Shown here: positions 10,294 to 19,421 of the stretch, one piece after another
How the letters are laid out: each line of letters begins with the position of its first letter
Position numbering within the stretch: the first letter of the stretch is position 1
Sequence record: LR745206.1
Strand: one strand, 5' to 3'
DNA length: 64,000 nucleotides
Translations under genes and position numbers: made by a program
Notes under the pieces: generated by a model
Databases searched by the model: none
Seen by the model: only the letters and a program-made list of their open reading frames with translations
What the model was told of the DNA's origin: nothing

Positions 10294-11307
10294 TTATTTA
10301 TTTTCTATTTTTACTCTAAAATAAAGTTCATAAATCTCAAAGTTTTTAGTTTCACTTCTTATGAATCCTTTTTTAGTAACAATCTTTTGTGTTTTTATAT
10401 CTTCATACCAATAAAGAATGGTTATTAGATCCCGTACCGTATCTTGTCCTGGTATCTCTTCCCTTATTTTATAACCATTATCCTTTCTTTGTCCACTTAC
10501 TGGTATTAATTTAACATTTTCTGATTTTATCTTATTAAAAAATTTACCAACCCAGATATTAAATATTGACATTAATTGTTCTTTATTATCAGATTTACCA
10601 TGACTGATGGCTTTTTTAATAACCCACTCTGATGGTAGTAATTCACCATCACTCAATTCAGGAAATATATTTATATCAGTGTGTGTCGGTAGGCTTCTGA
10701 GAGCTATTTTTAGTTCATGTAGGTCTCCTCTCCAAGAATTATCAAAATTAATAGAATATCCTTCTATATTTTGACCATCTAAAGATCTGAATCTCTCAGT
10801 ATCATTTCTTGTTGGTTCAATTTGTAAACCCCCAATAATATTAGCTATATCTTCATAATCAATAGGTGATCCATTATCTTCCTTATCAAAAATAACTCTT
10901 ATTTCGACATGATTAACACTTCGTATTGAGTAATAAACATTAGCCTTATCAGAAAGCATCGATTTCACCCTATGTATAGAATTATAAATGGAATCTATTA
11001 TATCTATATCTGATTCAAAATATATACTACCATCCCAATTTCTAACATCACCTTTCCCACCATTAGATATAGATTCCTCTGTTATTTCTCTATCCAATTC
11101 TATTTCTATACCTGGGTAATAGTTTTTAACATCACTTTTTCTTCTATGTGGATAACCAGTTGATGTTGATATATAAACTTGATCTATTAATAAAGTATAT
11201 CCATTATCTACTAAGTCAATAAATATCTCCTCGATATTATTATCATCAATATTTATTCTTGATAATAATTCTTCCTTACTTTCAACTATCTGTGAAAATT
11301 TTCTCAT
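10294..11307 (-). CDS. hypothetical protein, N-terminal tag, F-x-D-L-x-D-x-G paralog family
   Basis: MRKFSQIVES; IEEIFIDLVDNGY; TAATATATA at 11313-11321. Confidence 0.75.
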   Translation of the reverse strand: MRKFSQIVESKEELLSRINIDDNNIEEIFIDLVDNGYTLLIDQVYISTSTGYPHRRKSDVKNYYPGIEIELDREITEESISNGGKGDVRNWDGSIYFESDIDIIDSIYNSIHRVKSMLSDKANVYYSIRSVNHVEIRVIFDKEDNGSPIDYEDIANIIGGLQIEPTRNDTERFRSLDGQNIEGYSINFDNSWRGDLHELKIALRSLPTHTDINIFPELSDGELLPSEWVIKKAISHGKSDNKEQLMSIFNIWVGKFFNKIKSENVKLIPVSGQRKDNGYKIREEIPGQDTVRDLITILYWYEDIKTQKIVTKKGFIRSETKNFEIYELYFRVKIENK

Positions 11308-11341
11308 AGCTCTATATATTAAAACTATTTGATTTAAAATG

Positions 11342-11368
11342 AAAAACCCACCTTTTGGGTGGGTTTTT
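11342..11368 (-). terminator. intrinsic terminator downstream of RNA ligase
   Basis: AAAAACCCACC-5 nt loop-GGTGGGTTTTT inverted repeat. Confidence 0.85.
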
Positions 11369-11369
11369 C

Positions 11370-12458
11370 TTAGTTAATTTCCTCTCCGGTTTCTTTGTAT
11401 GCTGGATTGATTATTTTCAATCTTAGTTTCGTACCATCTCTAGCATCTCTATCAATGTATGGTCTAAGTACGACACCCTCACGAATATGTACTTCTTTAC
11501 CAGAAACCAATTCTTTACCTTTACAGAACTCAACCACATCTTTTGGAAGGATGTAGTCGATTCTGGACTTACGGATTCCCCTTTCTTCATCTTCAAAGAT
11601 TACCACTTCTTTTTCATCTAAATAAAGAGTACCATCGTATACCACTGGTACCCAGAGTTCACGGAACTCACTTGGTAATTTGTCGTAAGGCATTGATTCA
11701 CCATCAATCCTAACATCAAAGATTCTGACTGTTGGTTTGTCTTGACCATAGTTATATCCCCCTTGAACAGGAATAACTTCACCAAATACTTGAATCACAC
11801 CACTATTAAAGTTTCTTGTGATTCGACCAACAACATCATCATTTTTAGCCGCAATCCAATATGTATTCGTGTCTGTCTCTTCAATTGCTAATCCAGACTT
11901 TAACATACCTTTTGAAGATACGATTGTTTCACAATTTTCTATCTCGTGAGCGAGAATGAATTGAGAACCGTGTACCTTTTCGGTGATTACAACCCTTTCA
12001 TTCTTAACAAGTTCGTTAACATAAACGTTAGCATGTTCACAGTCATGATTACCAATATGTGGCATGTCAAAGCTTTTCACTTTACCTGCTAATTGTGTTG
12101 GGATAGGCGGTTCGTATTTAGTAATTCCTAATTTATCTGAAACATCTTCACCAATGGTGTATGATTCAAAATCAGGTATTAAATGTTTAGGAATGATAAT
12201 ACCACAAGATATTTCATTTCTAAGACGAACTGACTTTACACGATCTTTATCTTGACCAACAAGGTATTTTTCAAATTCAAGTTTGATATCACCACTAAGA
12301 ATTGACTTCTCTGGGGTGAATATTACCTCGTCTCCTGTCTTATAGAGACCTTTTTGTACTACAACTTGATAAGTTCCCACTTTACCAAGTTCAAGAGTGT
12401 CTGCGTTTTGATGAACGAATAACTCTATTTTTTCCTTTGATACTTTCCAATTACTCAT
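11370..12458 (-). CDS. ATP-dependent RNA ligase, DRB0094/Rnl5 family
   Basis: N-terminal OB-like HQNADTLE...VVVQKG; motif I TEKVHGSQ; FGEV, IFDV, REGVVLRP, LKIINPAY. Confidence 0.85.
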   Translation of the reverse strand: MSNWKVSKEKIELFVHQNADTLELGKVGTYQVVVQKGLYKTGDEVIFTPEKSILSGDIKLEFEKYLVGQDKDRVKSVRLRNEISCGIIIPKHLIPDFESYTIGEDVSDKLGITKYEPPIPTQLAGKVKSFDMPHIGNHDCEHANVYVNELVKNERVVITEKVHGSQFILAHEIENCETIVSSKGMLKSGLAIEETDTNTYWIAAKNDDVVGRITRNFNSGVIQVFGEVIPVQGGYNYGQDKPTVRIFDVRIDGESMPYDKLPSEFRELWVPVVYDGTLYLDEKEVVIFEDEERGIRKSRIDYILPKDVVEFCKGKELVSGKEVHIREGVVLRPYIDRDARDGTKLRLKIINPAYKETGEEIN

Positions 12459-12568
12459 AATTAATTATTATTTTTTGTTTAACACTTTTTTCGAGTCCGT
12501 GTCGCACAGTTGGAAAGGTTCGAGCCCTCAGGAAATTAACTAACCCAGATTTGCATCTGAGAAACTTA
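12459..12568 (-). promoter_or_regulatory. structured 5' leader of RNA ligase gene (candidate cis-regulatory RNA)
   Basis: TATATTTG at 12575-12582; GC-enriched leader with CUCAGAU-GCAA-AUCUGGG GNRA hairpin and further stems. Confidence 0.45.
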
Positions 12569-12665
12569 TAAGTACAAATATAGTAAAAGTTTTTAATTAA
12601 ACTAAAAAATATTATTTATTTTTCACAAAGATACAAATCTATTAATTTAATATATACATTTGTAT

Positions 12666-13085
12666 ATGATAGAAAAATTTGATGAATTTGGAGAACCTAA
12701 AAGGGGCAAATTCAATATAAAGGAAATATTATCCAAGGGTAAAGATTTTACCAAAGGTGTTTGGGATGCTGTGAAGAGAGAGAAAAGAGAAACTGCTCAA
12801 GCATTAGGTATCTTACAAAGAATGGTTAAGGGTGAAAAAGTAACAGAGAAGGAAAAATTGTTTCTTAAAAGACAAAGTAAAGATTTAGCAAAGATATTAC
12901 CATTGATAGCCATTCAAGGAATACCTGTTCCAGTTCCTATTACACCATTTTTAATAGCATTAGGTAATAAATATGGATTCTCTATCTTACCTACTTCTCA
13001 AGAAGTTTTAGGTAAAGAGATAGAAAGTGAAAGAAGTGAAAAAGAAAATAAACTAAAAGGATTTGATAATTTTGGAAGTGAATAA
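12666..13085 (+). CDS. LETM1-like domain protein
   Basis: ILQRMVKGEKVTEKEKLFLKRQSKDLAKILPLIAI...LPTS resembles LETM1 core; TAATATATA at 12648-12656. Confidence 0.45.
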   Translation: MIEKFDEFGEPKRGKFNIKEILSKGKDFTKGVWDAVKREKRETAQALGILQRMVKGEKVTEKEKLFLKRQSKDLAKILPLIAIQGIPVPVPITPFLIALGNKYGFSILPTSQEVLGKEIESERSEKENKLKGFDNFGSE

Positions 13086-13116
13086 AAAAGTCCACCAATT
13101 GGTGGACTTTTTTATT
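13081..13116. terminator. bidirectional intrinsic terminator
   Basis: Perfect 16-bp inverted repeat AATAAAAAAGTCCACC-AATT-GGTGGACTTTTTTATT between convergent genes. Confidence 0.9.
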
Positions 13117-13118
13117 CA

Positions 13119-13859
13119 TTACTTTTTCATTACTTCCTTCTTGTAGTAATCATCAAAACCATCCATCAAACCAGTTATTGAAGTACTTTTATCTGTTATG
13201 ATAATTTCATCAATAAATCCAAAGTCTAAAGCTTCTTGTGAGTTTAACCAATGGTCTCTTCTAGCACTTTCTAATACCTCATCGAATGTTTTGCCACTAT
13301 TTTCAGCTAACATCTTAAATAAGATATAATTATATTTCTCAGATTCTAAGTGTGAAATACGATTATCTTCAACGTGTCCTTGTGCACCACTTGATACTTG
13401 GTGTATCATTACCTTTGAAAAATTCAAAGAAGATCTTTTACCTTTTGTACCGGATGATAATAAAATAGACCCCATCGATGCTGCCATCCCTGTATTAACA
13501 GTCATTACATCAGATTTGATATATCTCATAACATCAACCATACTTAAACCACTCTTAACTGATCCACCAGGTGAATCAATGTGCATAGTTATATCTCTTA
13601 CATCATTTTGATCAAGATACATCAATTGAGCTTGTACAACTGTTGACATATTATCATTAACAACACCAGCAACCCATAATAATCTATCTCTCATTAAACG
13701 TGAGAAAATATCCATTTGTGTTACCCTCATTTCTCTTTCTTCGAGAATGTATGGTGTCATACTGTTTGTATTTTCTAATTGTTTTTGGTAGTAGTGTAGA
13801 TTCATTGAAGATAATCCTTCACTCATCGCATACTTTTTAAAGTCTTTTCCGTGATCCAT
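13119..13859 (-). CDS. clpP: ATP-dependent Clp protease proteolytic subunit (paralog 1)
   Basis: DIFSRLMRDR, IDSPGGSV, GMAASMG (Ser), MIHQ (His), RRDHWL (Asp). Confidence 0.95.
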   Translation of the reverse strand: MDHGKDFKKYAMSEGLSSMNLHYYQKQLENTNSMTPYILEEREMRVTQMDIFSRLMRDRLLWVAGVVNDNMSTVVQAQLMYLDQNDVRDITMHIDSPGGSVKSGLSMVDVMRYIKSDVMTVNTGMAASMGSILLSSGTKGKRSSLNFSKVMIHQVSSGAQGHVEDNRISHLESEKYNYILFKMLAENSGKTFDEVLESARRDHWLNSQEALDFGFIDEIIITDKSTSITGLMDGFDDYYKKEVMKK

Positions 13860-13871
13860 ATTTATTTATAT

Positions 13872-14353
13872 TTAATTTAAAATTTCATCGATAGTTTCAT
13901 CTCTTCTATACTTTTTTTCGATAGTTGTTGAGATATCACCAATTATTGATTCCAATGTTTTATTAGTTTCTTCGATCTTTTTGTTTCTTTCTAGATCAAT
14001 TAAGAAATTATATATCTTCTCAATAGTATCTTGATTGGTATCAATTAAAGTTTCGTACTTATCATACCCTCTATCCTTTTCTGATTGGAAAACTAACTCA
14101 TAGTTATAAACACATGGTTTAAACCATCTAGCTTGCTCAAACCTTCTTATTGATACAGAGAAACAATTTATTTTCTCTCCAGATTTTGCGTCTATTGAGT
14201 TTGTTTCGATTAGTTGAAATTTTTACCAGATTTTGTTTCTTCTTGAGAATTGCTTTTTAGTCTAGTTCTTTCTGAACTCTTTATTGATAGAAATATACTA
14301 TCCAATAGCTTTTTTGAATTTTCTTTTGTTATAAAGTCTTTGTTTAATTCCAT
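13872..14353 (-). CDS. frameshifted hypothetical protein (47-aa frame 0 plus 116-codon -1 frame ending in C-terminal tag)
   Basis: ATG at 14353 stops at 14210; ATG-less -1 frame opens at 14222 and ends RRDETIDEILN; junction A_AAT_TTC at 14222-14216. Confidence 0.6.
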
Positions 14354-14443
14354 TTTAGATTATATTAAAATACACTATTCATATTAATAATAGTTTAAAA
14401 AGTTTAATTGTTAATTAATTACTTTATGCTTATATTTGTAATT

Positions 14444-14755
14444 ATGAAAAAAAGTTTAATACTTAAAGGTAAGAAAGAAATAGATATTTTATTTGAAACT
14501 GGTATTCCTGTTTCAAGTGAGTTAGTTTTTGCCAAAGTTTTAAATTCCGACTCTACTAAATTTCTTTTTGCTGTTTCATCCAAGAAGTTCAAAAGAGCTG
14601 TTGATAGAAATAGAATAAAAAGATTGATGCGTGAAGTTTCCCGAAAATTGGTAAGTGTTGGTAATATCAAGATTGCTTTCATCTACACAGGAACAACTTT
14701 ACCAACATATTCAGAAATTGAATCCTCAATAAACACAATAGTTAGTAAGTTATGA
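14444..14755 (+). CDS. rnpA: ribonuclease P protein component
   Basis: LKGKKEIDILF, FAVSSKKFKRAVDRNRIKRLMRE (RNR motif); start after TATATTTG at 14431-14438. Confidence 0.9.
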   Translation: MKKSLILKGKKEIDILFETGIPVSSELVFAKVLNSDSTKFLFAVSSKKFKRAVDRNRIKRLMREVSRKLVSVGNIKIAFIYTGTTLPTYSEIESSINTIVSKL

Positions 14756-15108
14756 TGTTTAGGGTCATAGGTGGTGTATCTTATCATATATTATGTGATA
14801 GGATACCTATACCATTTCCATTCAGTAAAAGAGGTGAACAACCACCAATAATAGTATTACATGATAATGAAGTTTGTTTAATACGTGATATGGATTTCCA
14901 TTATAATGAAAATACCATAATAACTCTATCATGGTTAATAGAGGATACTAATAAAAAATCTAATGTAAATTGGAGGGATTTAATTTACCAAAAACTCTGG
15001 ATAGAATATTACACAGAGGTTATAAAATTAATGACATCCTATCAAAGGGAAGTTACGATTGATAATATCCTTAGAAAAGAAATTGATTATCAGTATTGGG
15101 TATGTTAA
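14752..15108 (+). CDS. hypothetical protein, C-terminal tag
   Basis: QREVTIDNILRKE near C-terminus. Confidence 0.65.
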   Translation: MMFRVIGGVSYHILCDRIPIPFPFSKRGEQPPIIVLHDNEVCLIRDMDFHYNENTIITLSWLIEDTNKKSNVNWRDLIYQKLWIEYYTEVIKLMTSYQREVTIDNILRKEIDYQYWVC

Positions 15109-15128
15109 TTTTTTTGTATATTTGTAAT

Positions 15129-15470
15129 ATGAAATTAGAAAAATTATGGCAATCAGCATCAACGGAAGCTGATTGGTTGCGGTATTATGGACACCGAGAC
15201 ACCAGAATGTCTGAAAAGTTCGAAGATGAAAAATTCTATGATAGAATTATTAGTATTGGATATACTAAAGTAGTAACTCCTATTTGGGAGAGATGTGCTA
15301 TGGGTCATATAAGTTCTGATAAACCTGTTATGGAATCAACAGTAGAAGATTTATTCTTCACATCAGGACCAAGAAATCATTCAAATAATGTTTACACTCC
15401 TTTGGAGTATCTTATCGGGAAAAAAATTGGTACTGAACAATTAGTTAAGATTATTAAAAATTATAGCTAA
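15129..15470 (+). CDS. hypothetical protein
   Basis: Start MKLEK after TATATTTG at 15117-15124. Confidence 0.7.
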   Translation: MKLEKLWQSASTEADWLRYYGHRDTRMSEKFEDEKFYDRIISIGYTKVVTPIWERCAMGHISSDKPVMESTVEDLFFTSGPRNHSNNVYTPLEYLIGKKIGTEQLVKIIKNYS

Positions 15471-17991
15471 TACCCAAACCAATATTCACCCCTATTTTAT
15501 ATTCATTTAGATTGACAGTTTTATCAATCATTCTCTGTGTTGTTTTATAAGTAGGGTTTAGTATATTCTTTACTGATAAATTTATTCCAAATTTATCATT
15601 TATTGTATTTATAACTGTTAAATTCATAGTATTAACTGTATTTTCATAAACATCACCCATTTCTTGTATACCAACACTCCACAATCTAGGACCATATAAG
15701 TTATATGATAGTGTTATAATTGTTTCAGTATTTTTCCAATTCTTAACATAAGAAACATCTAAGTTAAATAATATTGGAGATGCTCCTTGTAAAGGTCTTA
15801 TTGTATTGGTTTGTATAGTACCTGATGTTGTATCTATTTTAGCTACTGATTGTAAAAGTGTTAAGTTAGCACCTAATCTAAAATCACTAGTTGAATCAAT
15901 TTTGAATAGTTTTTTATATTCGAGTTCTAAACCATAGATATAAGCATAATCAGCATTCATAAAACTTTGTAACTGACCAGATGCAGTAGCTAACATTGTT
16001 TTCTCTATTGGGTTTTTAATATACTTACCAAAAACAGTCACACCAATTAAATCAGAAGATTTATTATATCTCTCATATCTTAAATCAGCATTATAGTTAT
16101 CACTATTTCTTAAATTAGGATTTCCTATTGTTTTCATACCAGCAAAAACCTCTGTGTATTCAAATGGAGCAACTTCTCTAAATCCAGGTCTTGATAGTGT
16201 CTTACTAGTTGTAAATCTTAATATATCATTTTTACTCAAATTGAATTTGAAATTAGCGGATGGTAAAATTGAGATACTATCTAATAGATTACCTCTGAGA
16301 TAAATAGGTTGTTGTTGATCTCTATAAGTTATAGATTGTAATGACTTTTCCATTCTAGCACCTATATTAAAAATAAATTTATCAGATTTATATCCAAGTA
16401 AAAGGTATGTAGAGTGTATTTTAACACTAGCATCATACTTAGAGGCTGGGTTAATAATCTTAATAGATTGTGAGTTACTTTCTAAGTTATAATCCGGGTT
16501 ATTAATATCATTCATTAAGTTAGCATTATCAAAATTATAAATTGTTTGTTCATAATCGAAATTCCTAACCTTGTTTTTATAATCATAACCAACATCAAAT
16601 CTAACTTTTTTTAGGGTATAATTTAGATTTAATCTAGTAGCCAATTCTGTTTCATTCAAAGAGGAACTAAATCTATGGTTGTCTAATATATCAATATCAT
16701 TTATTCTATATTCACCCACATCATTATAAAGATACACTAACTGTCTTCTGTTGTCTTCTGTGCTTTTTATTTTGGCATATGAAACTCCCCAATCAACACC
16801 GAAATTATTGAATTTACTTTCACCGGATAATTGATTTATAAAAAGTGATCTTTTAGTTGGTGTATATCTTCTCGTATAAATACTATCTAAATAATCAAAA
16901 TGATAACCATCTGTTTCTCTAAAAGAGTTTGAATTTGATTGTATGAATAAACTATTGAATCTGATATCATGCTCTTTATAACCATAATATAAAGATGCTA
17001 ATCCTGAATAGTCTTGTCTTTGAGTATAGTTTTTATAACCATAATCTATCCTTTCAATACCTTGCGCATTAGCAGTTCTTATCTTACCATATTCATAAGC
17101 AAACTTATTTTTTTGATAAGCGTTTAATAAGAATCCAAATTTATGAGAATTTTTTTTATAATAATTACCAAACAATATATTACTATTGTAATTAATTGGT
17201 GTCTTTTGTATTGGGTTAAAGTTAACATCATCAAAAGATCCAAATTTTCTAAAACTTTGTGAGTTACCTTCTGTTCCTAAGTTAATCTTTAATAAAAATT
17301 CATTTGGATAATCTTTTGTTCTTATATCAAGTGAGCCCCCAGCAAAATCACCATAAGTATTACTACTATAAGACTTTGTGACATTTAAATTTTTAATTAT
17401 CTGTGTAGGAAATATATCCATTGGCATCATTTTACTATCTGGATCAATTGATGGTAATGGAAGTGAATTAAGATATGATGTATTATATCTATCACCCATA
17501 CCTCTTATAAATATGTAATTTGATTGTGTTGATATACCGGTAACTTTAGTTAATCCTTCAGCAACATTTGAACTTCCACTCTTCTGTAATTCTTTTGAAC
17601 CTATATTTTGTGTGACTTCTGTTGTATTTTTTCTATCCATTAGAAGTATATTTTCAGATTCTCTATTCACTTTAAACTCAACAGAAACTTCTCCTAGATT
17701 AAGTGATTGTGACATCATCATATGATTATATGTAGTTTCACCACTAACAACTAAATGTATAGTATCGGTTTTATACGATATAAAACTAAAGATTAAATCA
17801 TATTCACCATTTTCTAATTGTAGTTTATAATTACCATCAAAGTCAGAAGTGGTACCGGTATTGGTACCACTTACTCTGACATTAACTACTGGTAATCCAG
17901 ATGGTTCATCATCTGATGTTATTTTCCCAACTACTTGTGAGTGAGAAAATAGATATGTTATTGATAATAGTAAAGTTATTAAGTATTTCAT
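15454..17991 (-). CDS. TonB-dependent outer-membrane receptor (Bacteroidota type, N-terminal carboxypeptidase-regulatory-like domain)
   Basis: Signal peptide MKYLITLLLS; GTTSDFDGNY domain; plug SNVAEGLTKVTGIS...IRGMGDRYN; barrel TLSRPGFRE, GNPNL, NYNADLRYE, VKNILN; terminal Phe (YNF). Confidence 0.92.
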   Translation of the reverse strand: MKYLITLLLSITYLFSHSQVVGKITSDDEPSGLPVVNVRVSGTNTGTTSDFDGNYKLQLENGEYDLIFSFISYKTDTIHLVVSGETTYNHMMMSQSLNLGEVSVEFKVNRESENILLMDRKNTTEVTQNIGSKELQKSGSSNVAEGLTKVTGISTQSNYIFIRGMGDRYNTSYLNSLPLPSIDPDSKMMPMDIFPTQIIKNLNVTKSYSSNTYGDFAGGSLDIRTKDYPNEFLLKINLGTEGNSQSFRKFGSFDDVNFNPIQKTPINYNSNILFGNYYKKNSHKFGFLLNAYQKNKFAYEYGKIRTANAQGIERIDYGYKNYTQRQDYSGLASLYYGYKEHDIRFNSLFIQSNSNSFRETDGYHFDYLDSIYTRRYTPTKRSLFINQLSGESKFNNFGVDWGVSYAKIKSTEDNRRQLVYLYNDVGEYRINDIDILDNHRFSSSLNETELATRLNLNYTLKKVRFDVGYDYKNKVRNFDYEQTIYNFDNANLMNDINNPDYNLESNSQSIKIINPASKYDASVKIHSTYLLLGYKSDKFIFNIGARMEKSLQSITYRDQQQPIYLRGNLLDSISILPSANFKFNLSKNDILRFTTSKTLSRPGFREVAPFEYTEVFAGMKTIGNPNLRNSDNYNADLRYERYNKSSDLIGVTVFGKYIKNPIEKTMLATASGQLQSFMNADYAYIYGLELEYKKLFKIDSTSDFRLGANLTLLQSVAKIDTTSGTIQTNTIRPLQGASPILFNLDVSYVKNWKNTETIITLSYNLYGPRLWSVGIQEMGDVYENTVNTMNLTVINTINDKFGINLSVKNILNPTYKTTQRMIDKTVNLNEYKIGVNIGLGISYNF

Positions 17992-17998
17992 ATTTTTA

Positions 17999-19294
17999 TT
18001 ATTTTGTCCAATTTTGTAACCAATTTGTTTCAACAGCTCCGATATAATTTGTTGATGTAAACCAAGAGTCTGATGTTGATACATCATACCCACTATAAAC
18101 AACTCCTATCTTACCAATTAGGTTAGGGTTATTTGTACTATTAGTAACATCATTTTCAAATAGTGAACAAGAGTTAAAGTTAACACCATTATTATAAACA
18201 ATTGAGTTTTTCAATACCAATTCACCATTTGTCATATTATCTATTGTGATTGCTTCTGAAACATTTATTCCTTTGTTAGGAAAGTTAACAACAATAGCGT
18301 TGTATATTTTACCCTTTGTACCTTCTCTTAGTCTCATACCTGAGTTAGCATTATCACCATCATTGGCTCCAATTAAAGTTAGATTTGATAGTGTCGGGTT
18401 TGAGAAAGGTGATACTGAGTTATTATCTCCATTATTATCTGCCTCAATTCCTCTATCACCAGATAATCCATCTTGTTCAGCTACCCAGAATTGTCCTTTG
18501 CCTCTCCATCCATGTGTCCAGTCAAAAGAATCATCACCATTCCCGGTTGAAACAGCATATTTGATATTTACTGTTCCACCAAAGAATTCAATTCCATCAT
18601 CAGCTCCTTTATAAGCTTGTATGTATTCAACTGTTGTTCCTGACCCAACACCGTTGAAAGAAAATCCATTTAATTCATTATCAGTACCGAGTATTTTACC
18701 AGCATATTCTACTCTAACATATCTTAATACTCCTGAGTTATCAGAATCATTAGTACCTCCATAAGTTCCTGTACCACCCTCACCTTCGGCAGTAGATCCT
18801 GTGTTTATTTGTGCGTATCCATTTAATATTATACCACCCCAATCACCAGGATTTGGATTTGATTTTATAGTTGTAAAAACAATTGGTGAATTCTGTGTAC
18901 CATTTGCGTTTATTTTACCACCTCTTAATATAGATAAAAATGGTGTAGTTCCATCATCAGCAGCCCATATAGTTGTACCAGATTCGATTGTTAATTCAGC
19001 ACCACTTGATACAAAAACTCCACCTGATAGTAACCATTTAGTGTCACTTGTTAGTGTGTAATTTTCATTAATTGTTCCTTGTATTTGTTTATAAACATCA
19101 CCACCAATAACAACATCAGTTATTGTATAAGGTGCGTATTGACAACTACCATCATCTGTTGTTGCATCTTGGTTATAATTTAGTGATTGTGGATCCGTAC
19201 ATCCATATTTTTCTTTATGACAGGATGTAACTCCAAAAATTATTATTAATCCTAATATCATTGATAAAATTGTTTTCATTTTTCTCATTTTCAT
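17999..19294 (-). CDS. lipoprotein with GCTD...DDGSC repeat and right-handed beta-helix (TBDR partner)
   Basis: Lipobox VTSC; GCTDPQSLNYNQDATTDDGSC; WGGIILNG, LRYVRVEYAG, DDGIEFFGG, GDDSFDWTHG. Confidence 0.8.
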   Translation of the reverse strand: MKMRKMKTILSMILGLIIIFGVTSCHKEKYGCTDPQSLNYNQDATTDDGSCQYAPYTITDVVIGGDVYKQIQGTINENYTLTSDTKWLLSGGVFVSSGAELTIESGTTIWAADDGTTPFLSILRGGKINANGTQNSPIVFTTIKSNPNPGDWGGIILNGYAQINTGSTAEGEGGTGTYGGTNDSDNSGVLRYVRVEYAGKILGTDNELNGFSFNGVGSGTTVEYIQAYKGADDGIEFFGGTVNIKYAVSTGNGDDSFDWTHGWRGKGQFWVAEQDGLSGDRGIEADNNGDNNSVSPFSNPTLSNLTLIGANDGDNANSGMRLREGTKGKIYNAIVVNFPNKGINVSEAITIDNMTNGELVLKNSIVYNNGVNFNSCSLFENDVTNSTNNPNLIGKIGVVYSGYDVSTSDSWFTSTNYIGAVETNWLQNWTK

Positions 19295-19343
19295 TTTTTT
19301 GTTTTATGATTTATATATTCACAAAGGTCTAAAAATATACCTA

Positions 19344-19390
19344 TTTTCATGTCATGAAAATGCTAACAAATTAACTGTATTTGTTAGCAT
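19344..19390. promoter_or_regulatory. two adjacent palindromic operator candidates upstream of the lipoprotein-TBDR operon
   Basis: TTTTCATG-T-CATGAAAA (19344-19360) and ATGCTAACAAAT-7 nt-ATTTGTTAGCAT (19360-19390), both perfect. Confidence 0.5.
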
Positions 19391-19421
19391 ATATTTAACA
19401 TTAAATTTGTATATTTATACA

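Noticed and set aside
12488-12530. tRNA-like T-loop strings (TTCGAGTCC, GGTTCGAGCCC) on the plus strand
   Set aside because: No acceptor, D or anticodon arms can be built; G-U pairs and the promoter favour the minus-strand leader instead
13119-13859. ClpP genes as prohead (maturation) proteases
   Set aside because: Both resemble housekeeping ClpP along their length and are not next to portal or capsid genes
15454-17991. MKYL start of the TBDR as a copy of the N-terminal capsid tag
   Set aside because: It is followed by a hydrophobic Sec signal peptide, not the F/Y-x-E pattern
19350-19372. PhoB-type pho box (TGTCAT-N5-TGCTAA)
   Set aside because: Second half-site is poor and the repeat does not continue; kept only as palindromes
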